A DNA stretch of 64,000 nt from Beijerinckiaceae bacterium (GTDB lineage: Bacteria; Pseudomonadota; Alphaproteobacteria; Rhizobiales; Beijerinckiaceae): NCBI GenBank assembly GCA_009773635.1, contig WSYC01000012.1:114030-178029 (forward strand). The letters run 5' to 3'. The notes under the pieces were generated by a model, which was not told the DNA's origin, searched no databases, and saw only the letters and a program-made list of their open reading frames with translations. The translations under genes and the position numbers were made by a program. Within the stretch, counting starts at the first letter, position 1; the number at the start of each line of letters is the position of its first letter. This document shows positions 38,894-48,462 of this stretch, one piece after another.

Positions 38894-39511
38894 ATGATCG
38901 GCAAACTCAAGGGCATCATCGACTCTTACGGCGAGGACACCGTAATTCTGGATGTCCACGGCGTCGGTTATCTCGTGCATTGCTCATCCCGCACGTTGCA
39001 GGCGCTGCCGCAACCGGGCGAGGCGGCAACGCTGCACATCGAGACCGTCGTGCGCGAGGATATGATCCGGCTTTTTGGCTTTGCCAGCACGGGCGAACAG
39101 CAATGGTTCAACATCCTCCTCTCTGTGCAGGGTGTCGGGCAGAAGGTCGCACTCGCGATCCTCTCGACGCTGAAGCCGTCCGAACTCGCCAATGCCATCG
39201 CGATGAAAGACAAGGCGGCGATCGCCCGCACCTCCGGTGTCGGCCCCAAGCTCGCCGAGCGCATCTGCGTCGAACTGAAGGACAAGGCACCCGCCTTCGG
39301 CAGCGTCGATCCGGCGGTGGTGAAGCTCGCCGGCGAGCTGGACGAAGGCCGCGTCAAGGGCCCGGTGAAGGATGCGATTTCGGCGCTCATCAACCTCGGC
39401 TATGGCCAGCCGCAGGCGGCGGCGGCAGTCGCGGCGGCAGCGGCGGCGCTGGGCGAGGCCGCCGAAACCGGCGCGCTCATCCGGCAAGGGCTGAGGGAGT
39501 TGGCGAAGTGA
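38894..39511 (+). CDS. ruvA: Holliday junction branch migration protein RuvA
   Basis: MIGKLKG, DVHGVGY, VREDMI.LFGF, V.GVG.K.AL, DAISAL.NLGY. Confidence 0.97.
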   Translation: MIGKLKGIIDSYGEDTVILDVHGVGYLVHCSSRTLQALPQPGEAATLHIETVVREDMIRLFGFASTGEQQWFNILLSVQGVGQKVALAILSTLKPSELANAIAMKDKAAIARTSGVGPKLAERICVELKDKAPAFGSVDPAVVKLAGELDEGRVKGPVKDAISALINLGYGQPQAAAAVAAAAAALGEAAETGALIRQGLRELAK

Positions 39512-39996
39512 ATGACGAAATCCACAAGAGCGCACTCCGCAGCGGCCGCATCAAGAGCGCGCTGTTCCTTATGCTGGTCGGCCTGCCGCTCGCGGGGTTC
39601 CTGCTCGGGGTGATGGCGGTGCCGGTCCAGCTCTTCGATTTGCCGGGAGCAAGCACCGGCGTCGGCACGAAAGTGTTCGGCGCAGGCTTCGTCTTCGCCT
39701 TGTTCTCGTTTCTGGGGAGCGCACCGGTTGCCATGCTGGCCATCGCGATCGGCGGAATTTTCCTTGCACGCGGAAATGTCATTGCACTTCGCTCCCTCCT
39801 GCTCGCGCTGGCCATCACACTCGCGGTCTGCGGCCTCGTTCTGTCGATCCTGACCGGCGCGCTCGTCAGGCTTTCGAACATTCCCGGCGTCCTTGCCGCC
39901 TTCGTGAGCGTCGCCATCCCCCTTCTTGCCAGTGCGGCCATCTGCTGGCGGATCACACGGCGCTGGCACTCCAGTGCCGTAGCCGGGAGTACATGA
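39508..39996 (+). CDS. Hypothetical multi-TM membrane protein
   Basis: GTG start overlapping the ruvA stop (GTGA); about four hydrophobic helices. Confidence 0.65.
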   Translation: MNDEIHKSALRSGRIKSALFLMLVGLPLAGFLLGVMAVPVQLFDLPGASTGVGTKVFGAGFVFALFSFLGSAPVAMLAIAIGGIFLARGNVIALRSLLLALAITLAVCGLVLSILTGALVRLSNIPGVLAAFVSVAIPLLASAAICWRITRRWHSSAVAGST

Positions 39997-39997
39997 C

Positions 39998-40489
39998 GTG
40001 ATACAAATTCCTCCGATGCTGAGCCTGCGTCCGATCGAGGACAAGAGCGAGATTGCCGCCTTCATGGTCGGCACATGGGGCTCGACACGCATGATGGTGG
40101 CGATGCAGGTCTACGATGTCATGGCCATCGAGGCGACCGGGCTCTATGATGCCGAGAACAAACTGGTTGCCTTCGCCAGCTGGGCGTTGCGGGACAAGAC
40201 GGCCTATCTCTGCGCGCTGCATGCGCTCGTGGAAGGCAAGAGTTACGCGCGGCACCTGCTTGCCGCCCTGATGCCGGTGCTGAAGGACAAGGGCGCGCGG
40301 ACGATCCGTGCCATGATCACGAACGACAACATGCCGGCGCTGACCTTTTACCAGAAAAACGGCTTCCGGTTTGCGACCCTCTATGTCGGCGGGGTCGACG
40401 CCTATCGCCCGACCATGCCCGGCATGCGGACGCATGGCTATCAGGACATTCCGATCCGTGATGCGCTGGAGCTGGAGATGATCCTGTGA
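39998..40489 (+). CDS. GNAT family N-acetyltransferase
   Basis: +[14 protein letters not shown] motif; stop overlaps the ruvB start. Confidence 0.82.
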   Translation: MIQIPPMLSLRPIEDKSEIAAFMVGTWGSTRMMVAMQVYDVMAIEATGLYDAENKLVAFASWALRDKTAYLCALHALVEGKSYARHLLAALMPVLKDKGARTIRAMITNDNMPALTFYQKNGFRFATLYVGGVDAYRPTMPGMRTHGYQDIPIRDALELEMIL

Positions 40490-41526
40490 CGCGGCCCGGC
40501 CTCCTCAACCCCGAAAAGCGCGACGATGATGTCGACAGCTCCATCCGCCCGCTCCAGCTTGGCGAGTTCATCGGGCAGGCGCAGGCACAGGAGAACCTGA
40601 AGGTCTTCATCCAGGCCGCGAAAGCGCGCGGCGAGGCGCTTGATCACGTGCTTTTCGTCGGCCCGCCCGGCCTCGGCAAGACGACGCTGGCGCAGATCGT
40701 CGCGCGCGAACTCGGCGTCAATTTCCGCTCGACCTCCGGCCCGGTGATCGCCAAGGCCGGCGATCTTGCCGCGCAACTCACCAACCTCGATGAGCGCGAT
40801 GTGCTGTTTATTGACGAGATCCACCGCCTCAACCCGGCGGTCGAGGAAATTCTCTACCCCGCGATGGAGGATTACCAGCTCGATCTCATCATCGGCGAAG
40901 GCCCCGCCGCGCGTTCAGTGAAGATCGACCTGCCGAAGTTCACGCTTGTTGGCGCGACCACGCGCGCGGGCCTGCTGACAACGCCGTTGCGCGACCGTTT
41001 CGGCATCCCCATCCGCCTCAATTTTTATACGGTGGAGGAGCTGGAGCTGATCGTCACGCGCGGCGCGCGGGTGCTCGGCATCGGCATGAGCGCGGATGGC
41101 GCCAACGAGATCGCCCGCCGGGCGCGCGGCACGCCGCGCATCGCGGGCCGCCTGTTGCGCCGCGTGCGCGATGTCGCGATTGTGGAAGGTGCGGACAAGG
41201 TGACGCGTGCTATCGCGGATAAAGCCCTCACCATGCTCGATGTCGACAAGATCGGGCTTGATCTGATGGACCGGCGCTATCTCCTCACCATTGCCGAGAA
41301 ATTCTCGGGTGGCCCGGTGGGCATCGAGACCATGGCGGCGGCGCTTTCAGAACCGCGCGACGCCATCGAGGATATCATCGAGCCGTTCCTCTTGCAGCAG
41401 GGCTTTCTCCAGCGCACCCCGCGCGGGCGGCTTCTCACCGATGCCGCCTTCCGTCACCTCGGCATGGCAGTTCCGAGCCGGCAGCCGCCGCAGCTCGGGC
41501 TGTTCGAGGGTGAGGAGGAAGCCTGA
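40486..41526 (+). CDS. ruvB: Holliday junction helicase RuvB
   Basis: [54 protein letters not shown]. Confidence 0.99.
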   Translation: MTRPGLLNPEKRDDDVDSSIRPLQLGEFIGQAQAQENLKVFIQAAKARGEALDHVLFVGPPGLGKTTLAQIVARELGVNFRSTSGPVIAKAGDLAAQLTNLDERDVLFIDEIHRLNPAVEEILYPAMEDYQLDLIIGEGPAARSVKIDLPKFTLVGATTRAGLLTTPLRDRFGIPIRLNFYTVEELELIVTRGARVLGIGMSADGANEIARRARGTPRIAGRLLRRVRDVAIVEGADKVTRAIADKALTMLDVDKIGLDLMDRRYLLTIAEKFSGGPVGIETMAAALSEPRDAIEDIIEPFLLQQGFLQRTPRGRLLTDAAFRHLGMAVPSRQPPQLGLFEGEEEA

Positions 41527-41530
41527 GGCT

Positions 41531-42457
41531 TCAGCTCTTCTTCTGCTTGCGCTCGCGATCCAGTTCTTCGATGACGGCCACCACATCGAGGTAATCCTCG
41601 TGTCTGGCCGGCGCGAAACGGCTGACCTGACCGTCGGTGAGCGCCTTGAAAACATCCGGCGCACGCTCTTTCAACGCGAGCATGGCCTCACGCACCGCAT
41701 CCTGAAGTGCCTGCGGCAGATTGGCGCGCACGCAGAACGGGCTGTTCGGGATCAGCGGCGAGGTCCAGATGATGCGCGTCGATCCCTTGGCCACCATGCC
41801 GCGACCCTCAAGGCGCTGCACCATGCCACTGGTCTCGTTGGTCCAATAGGTTGAGGCCGCCTCATATTGCCCCTTCACCACACCGATCACCGAATTTTCA
41901 TGGCTGCCGGAAAACACGGAGGCGGAGAAATGCGTCGCCGGATCGAAGCCTTGCTTTTTCATGAAATACTGCGGGAAGGCATAGCCTGATGTCGAATTGG
42001 GATCCGCAAACAGGAAGGGCTTGCCCTTGAGATCCGCCAGCGTCTTGATCGGGCTGTCGGCGCGCACGATCACGACTGAATAATAACCCTCGGCCCCGTT
42101 GTTATCGACATCCCGGAAGATCGGCCTGAGCTTGTCGCCCATGACTCGGCGGCCGAGCGAATAGACGGCCGGCCCGAAGCGCGAGCACTCGATCTGATCG
42201 CCACGCATCCCCTCGACAAGGCCAGCATAGTCGGCGACACGGTAGGTTCTGGTCGGCACGCCCAGGACCTCGGTCAGGTATTTTGCAACCGGCTCCCAGC
42301 GGGCGAGCGCACCGGTTTCGTTTTCGGCGGATGAAACGCCGACGCGAATTTCCTTGATGTCCTGGCGCCAGTCCGCCTGAGCGCGCAAAACGCCGGGCAT
42401 GAAGACACTGGCGGCGATACCCGTCATGACGGTACGGCGGCTGGCTTTGAAAGACAT
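41531..42457 (-). CDS. phnD: Phosphonate/phosphite ABC transporter substrate-binding protein (orphan)
   Basis: Twin-Arg-like signal SRRTVM, Y....E.+, GYYSVVIVR.DS, FADPNSTSGY..P, GSHE; ATG at 42457. Confidence 0.85.
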   Translation of the reverse strand: MSFKASRRTVMTGIAASVFMPGVLRAQADWRQDIKEIRVGVSSAENETGALARWEPVAKYLTEVLGVPTRTYRVADYAGLVEGMRGDQIECSRFGPAVYSLGRRVMGDKLRPIFRDVDNNGAEGYYSVVIVRADSPIKTLADLKGKPFLFADPNSTSGYAFPQYFMKKQGFDPATHFSASVFSGSHENSVIGVVKGQYEAASTYWTNETSGMVQRLEGRGMVAKGSTRIIWTSPLIPNSPFCVRANLPQALQDAVREAMLALKERAPDVFKALTDGQVSRFAPARHEDYLDVVAVIEELDRERKQKKS

Positions 42458-42502
42458 GATCGTTGCTCCCCGGACTGCAAGTGGGCAACATACCCGGCGA
42501 TC

Positions 42503-42542
42503 ATGACGCGCTGACCGCGGTTTCATGACACGACATTGACAA
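42503..42542 (-). promoter_or_regulatory. Pho box (PhoB site) upstream of phnD
   Basis: Minus strand TTGTCAA-tgtc-GTGTCAT with a third half-site GCGTCAT 22 nt further on, giving 11-bp phasing. Confidence 0.7.
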
Positions 42543-42550
42543 GGCTCTCC

Positions 42551-42955
42551 ATGGCACGAGCAACCCTCCCCCTCCGCATCTACTACGAGGACACGGATTT
42601 CTCCGGCTTCGTCTATCACGCGCGCTACCTGCATTTTTTCGAGCGCGGGCGCACGGAGGCCCTGCGTGCCCTTGGCATCGACCAGCGCGCGCTGTTCGAG
42701 GCAGAGGGCGGGCCGCAGAGCTTCGTCGTCCGCGCCATGAGCATCGACTTCAAAAGCCCCGCCCGCATGGATGACATGGTGGAGGTCGAAACCCGCGTCA
42801 CCGAGATCGGCGGCGCGACGATCGGAATGCGTCAGACGCTCGCGCGCGGCGCGGAGGTGCTGGCCACAGCCGATGTCACCATCGCTTTCCTCGGCAACGG
42901 CAAACCAAAGCGGTTGCCTCACGCGATGCGCGAAAAATTTGCTGCATTGCAGTAA
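42551..42955 (+). CDS. ybgC: Tol-pal-associated acyl-CoA thioesterase
   Basis: RIYYEDTD.SG.VYHA.YL.FFERGRTE. Confidence 0.93.
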   Translation: MARATLPLRIYYEDTDFSGFVYHARYLHFFERGRTEALRALGIDQRALFEAEGGPQSFVVRAMSIDFKSPARMDDMVEVETRVTEIGGATIGMRQTLARGAEVLATADVTIAFLGNGKPKRLPHAMREKFAALQ

Positions 42956-43031
42956 AGAGCCCGCACGGCATAAGGGTATCTTCTTTTCCCGCAACTCTTG
43001 CGATCAGCAAGCTGGGGCGGAAAGTGCCGCA

Positions 43032-43050
43032 TAAACCAAGCATTAACCAT
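43032..43050 (+). promoter_or_regulatory. Near-consensus CtrA box upstream of tolQ
   Basis: TAAA-ccaagca-TTAACCAT. Confidence 0.5.
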
Positions 43051-43217
43051 AAGGGTTGATTGATGGAATGGCTTGGGTTCGATCCTCCGTGGTCGCGCCC
43101 CGTTCGGGTTTGATGCCTCAGTTTGGTCGCAAAACCGGATCAAGAGCCACCATCACAAGGGGTTTACCCCGCGCCGACCGGGTGATCACGCCGCAACCCC
43201 GGACAGAAGGACCAGAG

Positions 43218-43934
43218 ATGCCGCACTCAGACGTTGCCACCGATCTTTCGCTCGTATCGCTCTTTCTCAACGCCCACTTCATCGTGAAGCTGGTGATGCT
43301 GGGGCTGGCGGGCGCGTCGGTCTGGTCCTGGGCCATCATCATCAACAAGTCGATCATGCTGCGCGCGATGAAAGCGCGGATGGACGAGTTCGAGGACACT
43401 TTCTGGTCCGGCCAGAGCCTCGACGAGCTCTATCGCTCGCTCGCCAACAAGACGACGGACGGGTTCGCGGCGCTGTTCATGGCGGCGATGGGCGAATGGC
43501 GCCGCGCTTTCGAAGGTTCGGGCCGCGGCTTTGCCAGCCTGCAGACCCGCATCGACAAGGTGCTCGATGTCTCAATCAGCCGCGAAGTCGAGCGGCTTGA
43601 ATCCAAGCTGCTGGTGCTCGCGACCATCGCCTCGGTCGGCCCCTACATCGGGCTTTTCGGCACGGTTTTCGGCATCATGACCACTTTCCGCTCGATCGCG
43701 GCGTCGAAGAACACCTCGCTGGCGGTTGTCGCACCCGGCATCGCCGAAGCGCTGTTCGCGACCGCCATCGCGCTGGTGGCGGCGATCCCCGCCAACATTC
43801 TCTACAACAAGTTCGTCAAGGACGTTTCGCGCACGCAAGGCCGCCTCGAAAGCTTCGCGGATGAGTTTTCCGCCATCCTCTCGCGTCAGATCGACGAACG
43901 CGCCGGGCAGGCTGGCCCGCGCAACGTCGCCTGA
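43218..43934 (+). CDS. tolQ: Tol-Pal system protein TolQ
   Basis: S+WSWAII+.K, GPYIGLFGTV.GIM, VAPGIAEAL.ATA; ATG 43218 after GAAGGA. Confidence 0.96.
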   Translation: MPHSDVATDLSLVSLFLNAHFIVKLVMLGLAGASVWSWAIIINKSIMLRAMKARMDEFEDTFWSGQSLDELYRSLANKTTDGFAALFMAAMGEWRRAFEGSGRGFASLQTRIDKVLDVSISREVERLESKLLVLATIASVGPYIGLFGTVFGIMTTFRSIAASKNTSLAVVAPGIAEALFATAIALVAAIPANILYNKFVKDVSRTQGRLESFADEFSAILSRQIDERAGQAGPRNVA

Positions 43935-43946
43935 GGGGTACCGCAC

Positions 43947-44393
43947 ATGGCGATGGCAATGAACGCAGGAGGGGGAAGCGGCAAGCGCCGGCGGGGCAAG
44001 CGCTCGGCGCCGATGGCCGATCTCAACATGATCCCCTTCATCGACGTGATGCTGGTGCTCCTCGTGATCTTCATGGTCGCGGCGCCGTTGCTGACGACCG
44101 GCGTGCCGGTGGACCTGCCAAAAACCGGCGCGAGCCAGCTCAACATCGAGCAGAAGCCACTGGCCGTGACGATCGACGACAAGGGCGTGATCAAGCTGCA
44201 GGAGAAGGAAGTCAGGCTCGAAGCGCTGGCTGCCGAGATTACCGCTATCGCCAAGCAGGGCTTTGACGAGCGCATCTACGTGCGCGGCTCGGCGCAGGTC
44301 GAATACGGCAAGGTCGCAGCGGTGATGGGCGTGCTGCAGAAGGCCGGCTATACCAAAATCGGGCTGATCCACGCGCCCGCGACGACGAAGTAA
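43947..44393 (+). CDS. tolR: Tol-Pal system protein TolR
   Basis: +N+.PFIDVMLVLL+IFMV.AP+...V.VDLP. Confidence 0.95.
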   Translation: MAMAMNAGGGSGKRRRGKRSAPMADLNMIPFIDVMLVLLVIFMVAAPLLTTGVPVDLPKTGASQLNIEQKPLAVTIDDKGVIKLQEKEVRLEALAAEITAIAKQGFDERIYVRGSAQVEYGKVAAVMGVLQKAGYTKIGLIHAPATTK

Positions 44394-44407
44394 GGAGGCA
44401 ACGCCCG

Positions 44408-45571
44408 GTGGCGATCGACCTTCGCGGCACTGTGAAGCGGTTCCTCGACTGGCGTCAGCCGGGGGGCGCGCTGTCGGTCGGGGCGCATACGCTGCTCCTC
44501 GTTGCGAGCGTCTATGCCTTCAATTCCGCGCAGCCGTTCCAGCCGGCGACCGAGGCGCTTGCGGTCGATGTCGTCTCGGAAAAAGATTTCAACGAGATGA
44601 TGAAGGGCGACAAGACCTCGAAAATCATCGCCAAGGAACCCGAGCGCCGCGTCGACCGCGTGGCGGAAATCAAGGATGACAAGGACCCCGGCGTTGAGAA
44701 GAAGGACGTGCCCGTCGCCCCCTCGAAGCAGGAGGCGAAATCCGAGCCCGAACCGAAACTTGCCGCCATCGTGCCGCCGACGCGCCCGCCCGAACTGCGC
44801 GTGACGCCGCCAACGCCCAGCCCGCCGGTGAAGGCCGAGGAAGACGACGAGATCGACGAGAAGGCCGAATTGTTGCGCCGGAAGAAGATCGAGGATCAGA
44901 AAAAGGCCGAGGATGCTGCCAAGGCGGCGGCGGAGGCCAAGCGCAAGCTCGATGAGAAACTGAAGGCGGACGCGCAGGCCAAGGCAGCCGAGGACAAGAA
45001 GAAGCTTGATGATGCCCTGAAAGCCGAGGCGGAGGCTGAAAAACGCGCCGAGGACAAGCGCAAGGCCGACGAGAAGAAGGCGCGCGAAGACAAGGCGAAG
45101 AAGGAACAGGCCGCGAAGGAAGCAGCAGAGGAAAAGGCGCGCAACGACCGCATCCGGAATGTCCTCAATCAATCGAAAGAGCCGGCGGCCTCAACGGGCG
45201 CGACCGGGGCTGCTGTTGCAAGCCGGTCAACGGCGGGGACTGCGACCGCGACAGGAACCAAATTGTCGCCAAGTCAGCTTGGACAGCTCGGTGAGATTCT
45301 CAAAGAACAGATGGAGAGATGCCTCTCCGTTCCGTCGGGCATAAATCCCAAAACAAAGCCGATCGCGCTGATCTATTTCAATAGAGATGGGACACTTTCC
45401 GGTGCTCCGATCTTGCAGAACAGCTCCGCCGAGCCAGCATTTCGAGTTCTCGCAGAGGCCGGTATTCGTGCTCTGCGACAATGTCAGCCTTACAAAGTTC
45501 CTGATCGCTTCATGAGTGCCTTCGAACAGTGGAAGGTCACCACCATCTTCATCTCGCGTCCCGACAATTGA
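44408..45571 (+). CDS. tolA: Tol-Pal system protein TolA
   Basis: N-terminal TM with S...H motif, Lys/Glu/Ala-rich helical domain, C-terminal domain with a C...C pair; position between tolR and tolB. Confidence 0.9.
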   Translation: MAIDLRGTVKRFLDWRQPGGALSVGAHTLLLVASVYAFNSAQPFQPATEALAVDVVSEKDFNEMMKGDKTSKIIAKEPERRVDRVAEIKDDKDPGVEKKDVPVAPSKQEAKSEPEPKLAAIVPPTRPPELRVTPPTPSPPVKAEEDDEIDEKAELLRRKKIEDQKKAEDAAKAAAEAKRKLDEKLKADAQAKAAEDKKKLDDALKAEAEAEKRAEDKRKADEKKAREDKAKKEQAAKEAAEEKARNDRIRNVLNQSKEPAASTGATGAAVASRSTAGTATATGTKLSPSQLGQLGEILKEQMERCLSVPSGINPKTKPIALIYFNRDGTLSGAPILQNSSAEPAFRVLAEAGIRALRQCQPYKVPDRFMSAFEQWKVTTIFISRPDN

Positions 45572-45604
45572 TTTAATGGCCACCCCCAAGATGAGCATCA
45601 CGCC

Positions 45605-46948
45605 ATGAACCGCCCGTTCCAGCTCTTCCGCCCTGTGTTGTTCGCGTTGGGTTTGATCGCCGCGCTGGTTGCGCCGCTCTACATCGCCGGAGAGGCGCAG
45701 GCACAGGCCGGCTGCCGCGCCGGGGAGCTCTGCATCGATCTCAACCCGCGCAATTTCAAGCCGATGCCGATCGCGATTGTCGATTTCGGCGGGGATACGC
45801 AGGGGCCGCAGGTCAGCCAGATCATCGCGGCGAATTTGAAGCGCTCCGGCGTCTTCGAGCCCATCGACCCCGCCCGCCACCCCGAGCGCGGGCTTGGCTT
45901 CGATGCCGTCCCGAATTTTGCCGCCTGGCAACAGGCCGGCGCGCAGGCCATCGTGACCGGCCGCGTGGTGCGTGACGGCGCGCGCATGGCCGTGGAATAT
46001 CGTCTCTGGGATGCGACCGCCGGCAAGCAGATCGTCGGGCAGAAACATGCGATCGACCCCCAGAACTGGCGCCGCCTCGCGCATCTCGCGTCCGATGCGG
46101 TCTACGAGCGCATGACCGGCGAGACCGGTTTTTTTGACACCCGCATCGTCTTTGTCGACGAGACCGGCCCGAAGGAAAAGCGCAAGAAGCGCCTCGCGAT
46201 CATCGATCAGGACGGGGCTAATTTCCGCGCGATCTCATCGGGCAATGAAACCCTGCTGACCCCGCGGTTCTCGCCGCGCGGGGATCGCGTCGCCTTCATG
46301 GCGCTCGATGATTCCGGCCGCGCCAACGTGCAGGTGCTGGACCTCGGCTCGGGCCGGCGCGCGGTGGTCGGCGGCAATGCGACGAGCTTCTCGCCGCGTT
46401 TCGCACCGAACGGGGCGCAGCTCGCGCTCAGCGTCGAGAGCGCGGGCAACACCAATCTGGCGATGGCGGATATTGCGTCGGGCGCCATCCGCCCGCTGAC
46501 CTCCGGCGGCGCGATCGACACCGCGCCATCCTTTTCGCCGGATGGCGGGCAGATCGTGTTCGAGAGCGATCGCGGCGGCGGCCAGCAGATCTACATCATG
46601 GGCGCGGATGGCTCCGGCGCACGACGCATTTCCTTCGGAGAAGGCCGCTATTCAACGCCGGTGTGGTCGCCGAAGGGGGATTACATCGCCTTCACCCGCC
46701 AGAAGGGCAACACCTTCGCCATCGGCATCATGAAGCCGGATGGCTCGGGCGAGCGCATCCTCACCGAAGGGTATCACAACGAAGGCCCGAGCTGGGCGCC
46801 GAACGGGCGCTACATCATGTTCTTTCGCGAAGCGGGCGCAGGGCCGAAGCTGTTCATGGTCGATGTCACCGGGCGTGTTGATGTGCAAATCCCGACGCCG
46901 GCTTTCGCGTCCGATCCGGCGTGGTCGCCACTGCTGTCGGCGAAATGA
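45605..46948 (+). CDS. tolB: Tol-Pal beta-propeller protein TolB
   Basis: PIAI.DF, FDTRI.FV.E.G, repeated P.FS/WSP.G propeller blades. Confidence 0.97.
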   Translation: MNRPFQLFRPVLFALGLIAALVAPLYIAGEAQAQAGCRAGELCIDLNPRNFKPMPIAIVDFGGDTQGPQVSQIIAANLKRSGVFEPIDPARHPERGLGFDAVPNFAAWQQAGAQAIVTGRVVRDGARMAVEYRLWDATAGKQIVGQKHAIDPQNWRRLAHLASDAVYERMTGETGFFDTRIVFVDETGPKEKRKKRLAIIDQDGANFRAISSGNETLLTPRFSPRGDRVAFMALDDSGRANVQVLDLGSGRRAVVGGNATSFSPRFAPNGAQLALSVESAGNTNLAMADIASGAIRPLTSGGAIDTAPSFSPDGGQIVFESDRGGGQQIYIMGADGSGARRISFGEGRYSTPVWSPKGDYIAFTRQKGNTFAIGIMKPDGSGERILTEGYHNEGPSWAPNGRYIMFFREAGAGPKLFMVDVTGRVDVQIPTPAFASDPAWSPLLSAK

Positions 46949-46951
46949 CCC

Positions 46952-47053
46952 CGTGACAAGCGGCATGATCGGGGCTACGGCTGCGGCCAATGCCCGGCCT
47001 GCGAGCTGCGCGCGAACGGTTTTTCGCGGTATCTGGCACTGAGGCAGCGTTGA
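46952..47053 (+). pseudogene. queC: 3'-terminal relic of 7-cyano-7-deazaguanine synthase
   Basis: Translates [33 protein letters not shown], matching the QueC C-terminal Zn motif (H.WGYGCG.CPAC.LR..G). No start codon and the upstream ~200 aa are absent. Confidence 0.8.
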
Positions 47054-47115
47054 AACAGGGTGGCTGATCCCTCAAAGCTCCAAGGCATCGCGCCGGGGCC
47101 AAAGCGAGACAAATC

Positions 47116-47682
47116 ATGACGACAATCGAGAACTTGCGCCGCCGCGAAGGAATTCTGTTCCTCATCGCCTTCACCGCCTGCGTGCCTGCTGCCAACTGGT
47201 TGATCCAGAATGTCGGCACCTTCTGCGTCCCGAACGGTCCCTGCCTCATCCCCGTCGCACCGGGTTTGACTGCCCCAAGCGGTGTGCTGCTGGTCGGTAT
47301 CGCGCTGGTGCTGCGCGATCTCGTGCAGCGGCGGCTGGGGTTGAACTGGGCCTTTGCGGCCATCGCTTTGGGTGGGCTTCTCTCGGCGCTCTTCGCCCCG
47401 CCGGCGCTGGTGGTGGCGTCCGTTGCCGCATTCCTGCTGTCGGAAATCGTCGATCTCATGGTGTTCACGCCGTTGCAGCGGCGCGGGCCGGTGGTGGCTG
47501 CGGTCGTGAGCAGCCTTGTCGGGCTCGTAGTCGACAGCATCGTGTTTCTCTGGCTGGCCTTCGGCGGGCTTGAGTTTCTCACCGGGCAGATCGTCGGCAA
47601 GGCGCTGATGGTGCTGATCGCCATCCCCGTTCTCGCCTGGATCCGCACGCGCGATGCAAGGCTGGGGATTGCACCAGCTTGA
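47116..47682 (+). CDS. VUT family (YhhQ-like) queuosine-precursor transporter
   Basis: G..LVLRD.VQ..LG, AS..AFL.SE..D..VF..L, S..VG..VDS..FL.LAFG; multi-TM. Confidence 0.82.
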   Translation: MTTIENLRRREGILFLIAFTACVPAANWLIQNVGTFCVPNGPCLIPVAPGLTAPSGVLLVGIALVLRDLVQRRLGLNWAFAAIALGGLLSALFAPPALVVASVAAFLLSEIVDLMVFTPLQRRGPVVAAVVSSLVGLVVDSIVFLWLAFGGLEFLTGQIVGKALMVLIAIPVLAWIRTRDARLGIAPA

Positions 47683-47892
47683 GTCGACGACCGGAATTCA
47701 ACGAAATTTCAAGACTTTGTTCACCATTCGCCGCAAAGTCGCCACGCATGGCGCCTCTATTGGGCGTTGAACATGCTTGACGGAAGCTTTCGTTAATCCA
47801 ACGGAATTTAAGAAATTCTCAAGGGGCGAGTTCAACAACACCGGATCCATCCGGGGTTGCATGACGTTCGTTCATTCGAAGGAGTATCTGGG

Positions 47893-48387
47893 ATGGTTCC
47901 CGCATTTTTCACCGCGCGCGTCTCGCGCTTCGCCGCCATCATGCTGGTTGCCGGGCTTCTGAGCGCCTGCGCTTCCAAGACCGATCCGAATGTTGATGGC
48001 GCCGGAGGGCCCAACACGCCGGGATCGATCCAGGATTTCGTCGTCAACGTCGGTGACCGCGTGTTCTTCGATTCCGATTCCTCGGAAATCAACAGCGCCG
48101 GGCAGGCAACGCTCGACAAGCAGGCGCAGTGGCTCAACCAGTATCCGCGCTATTCCTTCACGATCGAAGGCCATGCGGACGAGCGCGGCACGCGCGAATA
48201 CAACTTCGCGCTGGGTGCGCGCCGCTCCGAATCGGCCAAGAACTATCTGATCGCACGCGGCGTCGGGGCCAATCGCATCCGCACGACGTCGTTTGGCAAG
48301 GAGCGCCCGGTCGCGGTCTGCAATGACATCTCGTGCTGGTCGCAGAACCGGCGTGCGGTGACGGTGCTCGGCGGGGCCGGGGGCTGA
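47893..48387 (+). CDS. pal: Peptidoglycan-associated lipoprotein
   Basis: Lipobox LSAC, VGDRVFF..DS, EGHADERGTREYN.ALG.RR, QNRRA. Confidence 0.97.
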   Translation: MVPAFFTARVSRFAAIMLVAGLLSACASKTDPNVDGAGGPNTPGSIQDFVVNVGDRVFFDSDSSEINSAGQATLDKQAQWLNQYPRYSFTIEGHADERGTREYNFALGARRSESAKNYLIARGVGANRIRTTSFGKERPVAVCNDISCWSQNRRAVTVLGGAGG

Positions 48388-48462
48388 TCTTCAACCCTTG
48401 GCGATAACCCTCGTGCTACAAGATGCTTTATTCCCCTTCCCGGGGTCTGCTAGACTGAAGAC

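Noticed and set aside
44880-45150. Lys/Glu/Ala-rich quasi-repeats as a novel repeat element
   Set aside because: This is the normal low-complexity helical domain II of TolA.
47054-47115. preQ1 riboswitch upstream of the VUT gene
   Set aside because: Only a 4-bp stem (aggg/ccct) is present; the loop and A-rich tail do not fit preQ1-I, II or III consensus.
47793-47811. CtrA box upstream of pal
   Set aside because: The two TTAA halves are 11 nt apart, not 7.
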